The notes under the pieces are model-generated. The model ran no database searches, was not told the DNA's origin, and worked only from the letters and a program-made list of their open reading frames with translations. Of a DNA stretch of 64,000 nucleotides, positions 1-8,731 are shown one piece after another (the stretch's first letter is position 1; every line of letters begins with the position of its first letter). The position numbers and the translations under genes are program-made. The DNA is from Escherichia phage iGC_PHA_EC001: sequence record OR437326.1. One strand, given 5' to 3'.

Positions 1-878
1 TCATAAGATGTACTAATCCTATCAGTTGGAGTGGTGGTTTTAATGTACTGCGTATTCTGGATAACAACTTCTACGGGGAAAACAATACTACCTGGTATTA
101 CGGTATTCGCATCCTCTTAGCTGCTGCCGGTACTTTGAAAACACTAGCAATTAAAGGTAATACCTTCACTGGATTGTACCGACCTATCATCGTTAATGGT
201 GTACTTGGGTTTGCGGTTGACGATAACGTATTTCAAACATGTGGCGGGACAACACCACCTTCGTCAGGCGGTGTCATTACCGCTGAAAACCCGTTGTCCA
301 TAGTTCGTCTGTCCGGGTGCAAAAGTGGCACAGCAGCAAATAACGTGTTCCAGGATTGCAATGACCCAGTATGTATATCTGTGGCAAGGGACCAAGTAGA
401 TTCGTCATACTCTTCGTCTGTAGAAGTTAATGGGAACATCTCCCGTGCTTCTGGATGCTTGTTGTCGCTACACTATGCGGACCGTTGCACGGCAAGAGAC
501 AACAAATACATTGGCTTGGCAACAGACTTCTACGGCATCTACGTTGGTGAGACATCCTTAGCTTGTGTTATTGATGGGTTCTATTGCTCGCAGGGTAGCG
601 GTCAGGCTGTGCATGTCAATGGTGGCCCCCGTCACGTAGTCCGAGATGTTGTGGCTTTCGGGACTGACACCACAAAGGCAGCAATTGTCTTCCACAACAC
701 CAACACTGCAAGGTCTATGGACAATGTGGTAATGGGGGGTTACTTGTCTTCTGGATACATCTTGTTATCCGGTACTACCGTGAACTACGTTGGTGATGAA
801 CCAAACATGACTATTGCCAAGCAAGATACGGCAACAGGCGTGAAGGTTGTCTACACGAAAGCGGCAGTGCAAAACTAA
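1..878 (+). CDS. Tail fibre/tailspike-like protein, C-terminal part (5' end lies outside window)
   Basis: Frame is open from nt 3 to the stop at 876-878 (the listed 135 start is an internal TTG); Gly/Thr/Asn-rich composition; heads the tail-fibre block. Confidence 0.4.
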   Translation, partial: IRCTNPISWSGGFNVLRILDNNFYGENNTTWYYGIRILLAAAGTLKTLAIKGNTFTGLYRPIIVNGVLGFAVDDNVFQTCGGTTPPSSGGVITAENPLSIVRLSGCKSGTAANNVFQDCNDPVCISVARDQVDSSYSSSVEVNGNISRASGCLLSLHYADRCTARDNKYIGLATDFYGIYVGETSLACVIDGFYCSQGSGQAVHVNGGPRHVVRDVVAFGTDTTKAAIVFHNTNTARSMDNVVMGGYLSSGYILLSGTTVNYVGDEPNMTIAKQDTATGVKVVYTKAAVQN

Positions 879-938
879 GGAGCACCCAGCCATTTACATT
901 GATTGATGAAAGCGCCAACTGCTGTCACTATTGATAAG

Positions 939-966
939 CACCCCGCTCCGGCGGGGTGTTTTAAAA
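939..966 (+). terminator. Rho-independent terminator
   Basis: GC hairpin CACCCCGC-tccg-GCGGGGTG followed by TTTT, just after the first CDS. Confidence 0.5.
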
Positions 967-987
967 CTACAACATGAGGACTAACCC

Positions 988-1293
988 ATGAATAAGATGT
1001 TCACACAGCCCACTGGCCCAGTGGCTAAACAGGTTAATAAACAAGCCATTGCCCGTAAGTTTGGTGTTAAGCAGAATGAAGTAGTCTACTTTGCTGTAGG
1101 TGCTGTACTAAGTGGATATAAGATTATCTATGATAAGGAGACGCAAAGGGCGTATTCCCTACCTGCTGATATTGCCCCAGGTACTACTGCCATTAGTCTT
1201 AGTGCTACTGTACTTGTGCATTCAGCGGGTTCTGTAGACCTTGGGGAATTAGCTGTATATCGTGATTTAAAAAGTAATGAGAACGCACTATGA
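988..1293 (+). CDS. Hypothetical protein; paralogous to an internal segment of the tailspike at 5617..8670
   Basis: QAIARKFGV..VYFAVGAVLSGYKIIYD..YSLP..SAGSVDLGELAV aligns with tailspike QTIARKYGL..AYATAGQSLTGIKALYD..YTLP..SGGSVDLSALAV. Confidence 0.45.
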   Translation: MNKMFTQPTGPVAKQVNKQAIARKFGVKQNEVVYFAVGAVLSGYKIIYDKETQRAYSLPADIAPGTTAISLSATVLVHSAGSVDLGELAVYRDLKSNENAL

Positions 1294-1532
1294 GAAAATT
1301 TTTAATAGGTATGTTCTGTACATATCCTGATAATAAAGTCAGTTCTACGAAAGTCTGGAACGCTGTAGGCATGTCGGTTATGACAGGCATGTTTATCTTT
1401 TTAGGAATAGAAAAAGAAATTCCTGAATGGATGGGTTGGGCTTTTGTTTTCATGATAACTCCTTCTCGCCTCATGAAAAATCTTATTGATTTACGCTGGG
1501 GCAGATCACAATCTACCAAAGAGGATGACTAA
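1290..1532 (+). CDS. Small membrane protein, holin-like (two hydrophobic segments, charged C-terminus)
   Basis: ATG overlaps upstream stop; hydrophobic stretches VGMSVMTGMFIFLGI and WMGWAFVFMI; C-terminal KEDD. Confidence 0.3.
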   Translation: MRKFLIGMFCTYPDNKVSSTKVWNAVGMSVMTGMFIFLGIEKEIPEWMGWAFVFMITPSRLMKNLIDLRWGRSQSTKEDD

Positions 1533-3019
1533 TGGACGAATATGGTTTGACAGATGCGGGATTTGTAATCCCGACTTTTGACGATGTTTTAAACAACTAC
1601 ATGACAGCAGTAAAAAACACATTTGGTGCAGATGCAGCCACTTCGGAAGATACTGTAATCGGACAACTGTTTAGAATAATTGCATACACAGATTACACAT
1701 TGTGGGAAGGTATGCAAGGTGTTTATAATACTCAAACACTAGATGGTGCAGAAGGTATTTATCTTGACGAAATCTTTTCTAAACGCGGTTTCTATCGAGC
1801 AGGGGCAGCAGCAAGTACAGGTTATGCCTATGTTAAGAGTAATAACAAAGCAGCTTGGACTTATGAGCTAGGCACGGATATTTACTTCAACTCTGATAGT
1901 GATATGAACTACTATGTTAGCACACCGACTATGTTGAATGCTAAGATTGCAGCTTATCAAATCTCTCGTGCTAATGCAACTGCTACAGGTGTTCCAAATA
2001 TTACTTTTTATGCACAAAGTGCGGTAGATGGAGGACTAAACAGTAAAACACTTGCACCTGGTTCTTCTACATTTATAACCGATCTTGAAACTTTTATCAA
2101 GGCAAATTTAACAGAAGCTGATCGTAGTCTTGTATTTTCTGATTCAGGTAACTTATCAATTGGTTTTACTTCTTTAACTAGTGATACTCCAGTGGGACTG
2201 GTAACTCCTATTAAATTTTATGCTAGTGTTCCGGTTGGAACCAAGTGGAGTGAGATTCCGGTAGTTGCAGCAGAGAAAGGATACAACCCTGTTGGCGTGG
2301 AGTCTATTACAGGGATATCTTCTACCTTTACAGGTTATCTTGACAGTGGTAACTTTTATTCATTTTCTCCTGGTCGGGATGTTGAGACAGACGCAGAATT
2401 CCGCTCTCGTTTCAATGACAACGTTGATGAAGCTAACGCAGGGACACGAGCAGCTATTGTGAAAGCTCTGCTACTTACAGATGGTGTTACTAAGGTGAAG
2501 ATTTATGATAACCCTACATTACATGATCAAGAACATGCTCCAGCTATGACTTTCCAGACTATAGTTTATGGTGGCAGTGCAGAAGAAATTGCAAATGTTA
2601 TCTATAAAACCAAACCAATCAACACTTTGACACATGGAACAACCAACATAACTGTTACAACAGAAGACGGAGGACAAGAAATTATTCGCTTCTCCCCTGG
2701 TGCTTCTGCTATGTATTCTGTAAAACTTGTTTATCAAACTGTCAACGGAACAACTTTAAGTGGAACAGAAAAACAAAACATCGTAGAAGCTTTACAAAAC
2801 CTGCAAGCTTACTTTGAATTAGGTTCTTCAGTAACGAACGATCAAATCAAAGGTGTTATTTATGCAGCACTTGCTTTTGGACGCTTGACTTCTCTTCGTG
2901 TTTATGTTAAACTTAATACTGAGGATGACAGTAAATATACAGAGAATAATATAGTTCCTGCTTATAATGTTGTCCCTTCTTTTGACCTTGATAACATTTC
3001 TTACGAGTATGGAGTGTAA
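1532..3019 (+). CDS. Baseplate J-like (gp47/gpJ family) protein
   Basis: 495 aa; start overlaps upstream stop; position and size fit a baseplate wedge protein ahead of an I-like protein and tail fibres; family assignment from memory only. Confidence 0.4.
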   Translation: MDEYGLTDAGFVIPTFDDVLNNYMTAVKNTFGADAATSEDTVIGQLFRIIAYTDYTLWEGMQGVYNTQTLDGAEGIYLDEIFSKRGFYRAGAAASTGYAYVKSNNKAAWTYELGTDIYFNSDSDMNYYVSTPTMLNAKIAAYQISRANATATGVPNITFYAQSAVDGGLNSKTLAPGSSTFITDLETFIKANLTEADRSLVFSDSGNLSIGFTSLTSDTPVGLVTPIKFYASVPVGTKWSEIPVVAAEKGYNPVGVESITGISSTFTGYLDSGNFYSFSPGRDVETDAEFRSRFNDNVDEANAGTRAAIVKALLLTDGVTKVKIYDNPTLHDQEHAPAMTFQTIVYGGSAEEIANVIYKTKPINTLTHGTTNITVTTEDGGQEIIRFSPGASAMYSVKLVYQTVNGTTLSGTEKQNIVEALQNLQAYFELGSSVTNDQIKGVIYAALAFGRLTSLRVYVKLNTEDDSKYTENNIVPAYNVVPSFDLDNISYEYGV

Positions 3020-3021
3020 AA

Positions 3022-3651
3022 ATGGCAGTGAGTGTTGACCATGTAACAACTTGGGCCAGTATCAATGAAGACGTTAAAAACCTTCTGATTGAAGATTTTA
3101 AATCTTCTCCTAACATTGTCAAGCTCCTCTACATCGTATCCAGTGAAAAGCAAAAGATAGATCAGGCAATGATCTATCTTGCTAAACACCGCTTGATCTC
3201 TACAGCTACAGGCAAATACCTAGATATTCTAGGGGAAGAAATGGGGATCGAACGTAATGGCTCTGATGATGAAGAGTATAGAACAATATTAAAAATCAGG
3301 GCTTACCGCGTAGCCTCATCGGGGACTCGTGGTGACATAATTGATATCTTCGCCCGTTTCACAGGAACAGAACGTGAAACGCTTAATACTTACGTAGGTT
3401 TGAATAAAACCTTTGATGTGTTTTTCTACAACCTGTGTCTTCAATCTGATCAAGCTTTAGAGCAGTTGCTAAGTGTTTTCCCTATTATTAGTAGCTACCG
3501 TCTTGGAGCAAAAGCAGGATCAGCTTTTGGTTTTAGTTCTTATTATGCTACCAAACCGCCTCATGGTATTGGTGGTTTAGGTTCCCTGTACATGGAATCT
3601 ACTGGGGATGAAACAGGACGCATGTGTACGCTTCTCAAGCAAATAGATTAA
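3022..3651 (+). CDS. Baseplate/tail protein I-like
   Basis: 209 aa directly after the J-like gene, in the J-I-fibre-chaperone order seen in P2-type baseplate modules. Confidence 0.35.
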   Translation: MAVSVDHVTTWASINEDVKNLLIEDFKSSPNIVKLLYIVSSEKQKIDQAMIYLAKHRLISTATGKYLDILGEEMGIERNGSDDEEYRTILKIRAYRVASSGTRGDIIDIFARFTGTERETLNTYVGLNKTFDVFFYNLCLQSDQALEQLLSVFPIISSYRLGAKAGSAFGFSSYYATKPPHGIGGLGSLYMESTGDETGRMCTLLKQID

Positions 3652-3660
3652 GGAGTTTAA

Positions 3661-4722
3661 ATGGCGAAGCCAATATATTATCCTGACTGGGCTACACAAA
3701 CTGTAACGCTCCCAGGAACTTTAAACACAAACAAAATTAGACCTAAAGAAACCATCCGCACAATTGGTATGGATTATGGTCAAATCATGACTTGCGAAGA
3801 GATGAACTGGATTCTTAATAATATCGGTTTATGGATTCGCTATTTGGTGGATGATTTTCTTCCAACTTTACCTAATACCTACTTGCCTTTAGTGGGAACT
3901 AAGATTACAATGGCAGGTGATGCTACTGGTGAGGCCACTTGGAACGGTAACAAAGAAGTTACTTTATCTATCCAAGTTCAAGATAACAGTCATAATCACT
4001 TGTCAGCAAACATTACAGATGCTACTAGTTCAACAGTAACACCAAACGTGTTGGTAAAACGTGATGCGGGTGGTGCTATTTATGGTGGTGATGTTTATGT
4101 TAACGGTACTTCCACAACAGATCCTGCAACACTGTTCTTCAAAAACTTTGCAGGACAAACAAATGGTGAGATTTCTGCCGAATACCAAAGTGGAGGTCAG
4201 CTTTATATTTATCGTAGAAATCCTAGCACAGGTAGTGTATCAGCAGGTGTTCGTTTATATGATGCAGGTTATGTTCTAATAGACAGTCCAAGATCAAACA
4301 GTGGACAAGATACTTCTAACGGAAATGCTTTAGTTCGCTTAGATTATCTGAATTCTCGTTTGACTTCTCTTCAGAACACATTGCAGACGAATATTAACAC
4401 TGTTCAAAACAACCTGAATAGTGTTAACAGCAACCTCTCTTCCCGTATAAACAATGTAGAAAGTAATCATCAAAATCAGATTACAAATAACTACAATTAT
4501 GCTAACGGAACATTTGTAAGAGATATTCGTTATACTAGCCAAGGTGTGTATTATCCACCAGGGAACGAGGTTTCTTGGACTTATATCTGTTCTTCTGGTT
4601 ATGTTCTTTCTGGTATTATTGTACAGGAAACAGGACGTAGCTCTGCGGATAACATCGGTGGGGTTTACTTCAAACGCCTCCAGCGCAACGTTAACGGAAA
4701 CTGGTACGATATTGGAGGCTAA
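3661..4722 (+). CDS. Tail fibre protein
   Basis: 353 aa; Asn/Ser/Thr-rich heptad segment LQNTLQTNINTVQNNLNSVNSNLSSRINNVE; immediately followed by a fibre assembly chaperone. Confidence 0.65.
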   Translation: MAKPIYYPDWATQTVTLPGTLNTNKIRPKETIRTIGMDYGQIMTCEEMNWILNNIGLWIRYLVDDFLPTLPNTYLPLVGTKITMAGDATGEATWNGNKEVTLSIQVQDNSHNHLSANITDATSSTVTPNVLVKRDAGGAIYGGDVYVNGTSTTDPATLFFKNFAGQTNGEISAEYQSGGQLYIYRRNPSTGSVSAGVRLYDAGYVLIDSPRSNSGQDTSNGNALVRLDYLNSRLTSLQNTLQTNINTVQNNLNSVNSNLSSRINNVESNHQNQITNNYNYANGTFVRDIRYTSQGVYYPPGNEVSWTYICSSGYVLSGIIVQETGRSSADNIGGVYFKRLQRNVNGNWYDIGG

Positions 4723-5268
4723 ATGATATTTACAAACTTTAAAAAATATATTCCTGAAGATCCTGAACTAAAAGAATTGGTAGAAGCAAAGAACATTCTT
4801 TTTCTTCGTTGCGATCAAGGTTACGATTGGTATGATTTACGTAGCACAGAATTCAATAACGATAAAATGAAAGTCGTTTTTGATGATCAAAATCGTATTG
4901 TGTTTTGGAATACTGATCCTACACTACTTTGCCCTGAAGATCTTTCTATAGCACAAGTAGACTTTAATATAGATACTTTTGAGGATATTAGGAATAAGGT
5001 TCTGGATTTAGAAACCTTAACTCTTAAGGATAAAGAGTATTCCCGTGAAGAGTTGATGACACAAGCTAGTGCAAAAATTCGCTCTTTACAAGAAACAGCG
5101 GTAGCACTTATAACACCTTTACAGTATGCTAAAGATTTAGAAATGGCTACTGAAGACGAATTAGCTTATCTTAAAAATCTTCAAGTTTATGTGGTTAAAC
5201 TAAATCGTGTTCCGCTTCAAAAAGATTATCCTTACACTATAGATTGGCCTACATTACCGACGGAATAA
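4723..5268 (+). CDS. Tail fibre assembly chaperone (Tfa-like)
   Basis: C-terminal PLQYAKDLEMATEDELAYLKNLQVYVVKLNRVP matches the conserved Tfa C-terminal motif; start overlaps the fibre gene stop. Confidence 0.7.
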   Translation: MIFTNFKKYIPEDPELKELVEAKNILFLRCDQGYDWYDLRSTEFNNDKMKVVFDDQNRIVFWNTDPTLLCPEDLSIAQVDFNIDTFEDIRNKVLDLETLTLKDKEYSREELMTQASAKIRSLQETAVALITPLQYAKDLEMATEDELAYLKNLQVYVVKLNRVPLQKDYPYTIDWPTLPTE

Positions 5269-5277
5269 GGGATCACT

Positions 5278-5613
5278 ATGGAATTTCAAGAAGCATGGGG
5301 ACTTGCAAAGGATGCAATAATCCCTTTAATCGGAGTCATCTGGTTCTTTTTCAAACAAAAAATGGATAAATTCGGCTCTGATCTTGAGGAAATGGAGGAG
5401 AAAAGTCGAGAGCTAGAGAAGAAGTTGGTCTTTGTTGAATCAACTTATGCAACTAAAGCCGAACTTACCCAGATGCTAAATCAAATTAACTCTACATTAA
5501 TGGCAAATAATAACACCCTTGAGCAAAAAATTGAAAAGATTATGGACCTCAAGAATGCGACTATCCAAATGATGCTAGATGACATAGTTAAACGTACACA
5601 GAATAAGGGGTAA
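5278..5613 (+). CDS. Hypothetical protein with N-terminal transmembrane helix and coiled-coil
   Basis: IIPLIGVIWFFF hydrophobic segment then charged heptad-like region. Confidence 0.3.
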   Translation: MEFQEAWGLAKDAIIPLIGVIWFFFKQKMDKFGSDLEEMEEKSRELEKKLVFVESTYATKAELTQMLNQINSTLMANNNTLEQKIEKIMDLKNATIQMMLDDIVKRTQNKG

Positions 5614-5616
5614 TTA

Positions 5617-8600
5617 ATGGCAACATTCCCAACATATCCAGCAACGTCTCTCGAACAGGGCGTAGATCTGGTTATTTTCTCATCTAACCAACTCCATGAT
5701 GTTATTAATGGAAGTGCTACAGAGAGTATTGAAACAGAATCAGGGTTGATACCAACCCTGAGAAAAGCCCTTGTTGACAACTTTTTCTTTAAAAGCCCAT
5801 TAGATTGGGCGCAAGGCACAAACGAAACAGTTTTTAACCAACTTCGTTATTTCCAGAATGGAGTATTGAGCGGTTATTACTATGCTCCTAACGCTACATT
5901 GGTTAACCCAATCCCTATGCAAGGGACTCCAGTAGGAGATAACAACTGGGTATTGTGGGGACTGAAAACAGAACAATTAGCAACAGAAGTCACCCCGTGG
6001 GTATACTCTGGTGCAACTGGTTATGAAACAGTAATTAGTCCTCCTTACATCTTTGATAGTGCTATTGTTACGATCAATGGTGTTATTCAGGTTCTGGGGG
6101 AAGCTTTCCGTATAGAAGACAGTAAGATCATCTTATCTGAACCTTTGGGACACGATCCTGCAACAGGACTGCCAAACAAGCTTTTTGCTTATATTGGTAA
6201 AATCGTAGCTTCAGCAGATACAGATCCTAATCTAGAGAACCGTCTTGTTAGTTTAGAAACAAAAACGGAAGAACTAACAGAAAGCATGGATAAAGTCCCT
6301 CTGCAAACTATTGCTCGTAAGTATGGTTTGTTAGATGATGAGGTGGCTTACGCAACAGCAGGTCAATCGTTAACAGGGATTAAAGCTCTGTATGATCCGG
6401 TAGCACAGTCTTCCTACACATTACCTCCTAACATCACAGGAACTTTAACATCCTTATCTGTTTCTGGAGTAATGACTTATTCTGGAGGATCTGTAGACCT
6501 TTCTGCACTGGCTGTTGAGCGTGGACAGTTTGTTCATTTGCCTACAAGCTTTGGTAATAACGTAACTCTGACAGCTAAAAATCAGACGATTGGACGTGGT
6601 GCTGGTCGTTATCGTTGGGCTGGAAGTTTACCAAAAAGTATTTTGGCCTCTGATACATTGGAGACAAGCGGAGGATTAGGTCCAAATGCATGGGTTCTGA
6701 CTAATACAGAAGGACTGTTAACCCCTCGTGGTGGAACATACAACGATCTATTCGATGTTGTCTACTTGTCAGAATTTGCTAACAATACAACTACCTATAC
6801 CACACCAGAAGCAGCTTTCCAGGCGGCACTGTTAGCAGCAAAAGCTTCGAAAAGCAAGATTCTCGATGCTTACGGTTGCGACATGACTTTCACGACAAGC
6901 TCTTTTGATATTCAAGATATCACTTTGCGTGGTGGTGTGTTCCGTGGTCAACGCGATTATCGTGTGCAGAATGCTACAATAGAAGGCACAACTTTCCGTA
7001 ACTCTCGTGTTATGTATTGGGGTGGTGCTGTGCGCATGTTCGATTGTTTGTGGGACGGTGCTCCTCGCGCAGGTCAAGTTGGTAGCTTGGTATTCCAAGG
7101 CAACCCAATATCAGGTACTTTTGAAATTGATAACTGTACTTTTAAAAACGGGTTGTATGGCATCCTTCAACAAGGAACAGGGGAACCAGTAACACGTGGT
7201 GTCTTCCGTAACCTTACCTTCATGGACATGCAAGGTGATGCAATAGAACTGAACGTCATCAATAAACATTATGACGATGGTTGTGTGATTGAGAATATTT
7301 ACCTGTCTAATATCGATGGGACTAACGCTCCTATTCCTCTGTCCAACTGGGGTATCGGTATCGGTATAGCTGGTAAAGGACCATATGGTTACGGAATCCC
7401 TGATGATCAATATTGCAAGAATATTACAATTCGTAACGTTTTTGCAAAACGTTGTCGTCAGATTGTCCACGTAGAAGTTGGTCGTAATATCTCTATCGAA
7501 AACATTCATGGCGATCCAGACCAGACCGTATCTGTTGGGACAGGTTTGGCAACTGGCGCAGTTGTAATGTATGGAAGTAAAGATTTTACGATTGACGGTG
7601 TTTACGGAGAGCCTAAAACAGACGGTAGCACACTTGCAAGTAATATCCGTATGATTTATTTGGAGTGGGGAACTAACGCAGTTCTGGACGAAGAGGGTAA
7701 TCCGGTAGTTCCGGCACAGGGTAGACCTTCAAACCCATGCTTTAACTATTCTGTTCGTAACATTCACACCAAAACTGGGCGTGTTTTTGCGGGAGTTTCC
7801 GCTGGGCCAGGTTATGAAAACAGAGTTAGCTTTGAAAATATTCGTTGCGCTGCATTGCAGTTGTTCGGTATAGCTTCTTGGCTTTCAATGTCTAACATCA
7901 CCTGTAATATCTTCGACTGTGTTGGTCAACCTGAATCTGGTCCAGGGACATTTTATGATGGATTCTTCCGTAGAGAAAAATCTGTTCTTGAAATGGTTAA
8001 CGTAAACTGTTACCCAGATGGCAAGACGATGGTTACTGGTCGTCCACAGTGGAGCCGTTGCCGTTACTCGGATATTCATCGTGTCAACTGTAATGTTGAA
8101 GCTAATATGTATACCAATATCGCAGGTGGTATTGGAGCTATTGTAGGGACAACGGGCAAAGTTTATTACTTAGAGCCTAATCCTAGTCGAAACATTGATG
8201 GAATGCATTTCCCAACAGGGAAAGAGTTTGACAAAGGTGATATGATAGTCAAGGCGGATAATACGTTCTTCCTTGTAACAACAAGTGGGGCATATATTCC
8301 AGATATCCCAGCTTTCGGTATTCGAGCTACACAGGCAGGAGATACCTTCCTGACACAGAACTTGACTCCTAACGGGACAGCAACAAATGCTTCTTGGTTG
8401 TATCATTACCCTCTGTCAGCAGGGACACGTATCCGTATTCCTGGTGCTGGCGTAGGTGGAGCAGATTTGGACACAGTTATTACTCGTGCACCTTATCAAG
8501 ATAATGATACGTGGACTAACCCAGTTAAAATAGACATTGCAGATCCAATTGTAACGCCTACAAGTGCTGGAGTTAGAATTAAAACCATACCTAATGATTC

Positions 8601-8670
8601 CAGTAATGTTTCTGTAGGTAATACTGCGGTTATTCGCCCAACGCCAGTAGTAGATGTGCCAACAACCTAA
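5617..8670 (+). CDS. Tailspike protein with right-handed beta-helix (putative polysaccharide depolymerase)
   Basis: 1017 aa; repeated N-x-T/S-[IV]-x-N rungs (NCTFKNG, ITIRNV, ISIENI, YSVRNI, VSFENI) typical of pectate-lyase-like beta-helices. Confidence 0.6.
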   Translation: MATFPTYPATSLEQGVDLVIFSSNQLHDVINGSATESIETESGLIPTLRKALVDNFFFKSPLDWAQGTNETVFNQLRYFQNGVLSGYYYAPNATLVNPIPMQGTPVGDNNWVLWGLKTEQLATEVTPWVYSGATGYETVISPPYIFDSAIVTINGVIQVLGEAFRIEDSKIILSEPLGHDPATGLPNKLFAYIGKIVASADTDPNLENRLVSLETKTEELTESMDKVPLQTIARKYGLLDDEVAYATAGQSLTGIKALYDPVAQSSYTLPPNITGTLTSLSVSGVMTYSGGSVDLSALAVERGQFVHLPTSFGNNVTLTAKNQTIGRGAGRYRWAGSLPKSILASDTLETSGGLGPNAWVLTNTEGLLTPRGGTYNDLFDVVYLSEFANNTTTYTTPEAAFQAALLAAKASKSKILDAYGCDMTFTTSSFDIQDITLRGGVFRGQRDYRVQNATIEGTTFRNSRVMYWGGAVRMFDCLWDGAPRAGQVGSLVFQGNPISGTFEIDNCTFKNGLYGILQQGTGEPVTRGVFRNLTFMDMQGDAIELNVINKHYDDGCVIENIYLSNIDGTNAPIPLSNWGIGIGIAGKGPYGYGIPDDQYCKNITIRNVFAKRCRQIVHVEVGRNISIENIHGDPDQTVSVGTGLATGAVVMYGSKDFTIDGVYGEPKTDGSTLASNIRMIYLEWGTNAVLDEEGNPVVPAQGRPSNPCFNYSVRNIHTKTGRVFAGVSAGPGYENRVSFENIRCAALQLFGIASWLSMSNITCNIFDCVGQPESGPGTFYDGFFRREKSVLEMVNVNCYPDGKTMVTGRPQWSRCRYSDIHRVNCNVEANMYTNIAGGIGAIVGTTGKVYYLEPNPSRNIDGMHFPTGKEFDKGDMIVKADNTFFLVTTSGAYIPDIPAFGIRATQAGDTFLTQNLTPNGTATNASWLYHYPLSAGTRIRIPGAGVGGADLDTVITRAPYQDNDTWTNPVKIDIADPIVTPTSAGVRIKTIPNDSSNVSVGNTAVIRPTPVVDVPTT

Positions 8671-8676
8671 TGGAAT

Positions 8677-8702
8677 AGAGGGGGAATCCCCCTCTTCTTC
8701 CA
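8677..8702 (+). terminator. Rho-independent terminator
   Basis: Hairpin AGAGGGGGA-atc-CCCCCTCT followed by TCTTCC, 7 nt after the tailspike stop. Confidence 0.5.
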
Positions 8703-8731
8703 ATAGAATGGTCTAACGATAGGAGAGATAA

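Noticed and set aside
233-439. 68-aa - strand ORF inside the first tail-fibre gene
   Set aside because: Antisense to a long open frame that continues to the window edge; no supporting signals.
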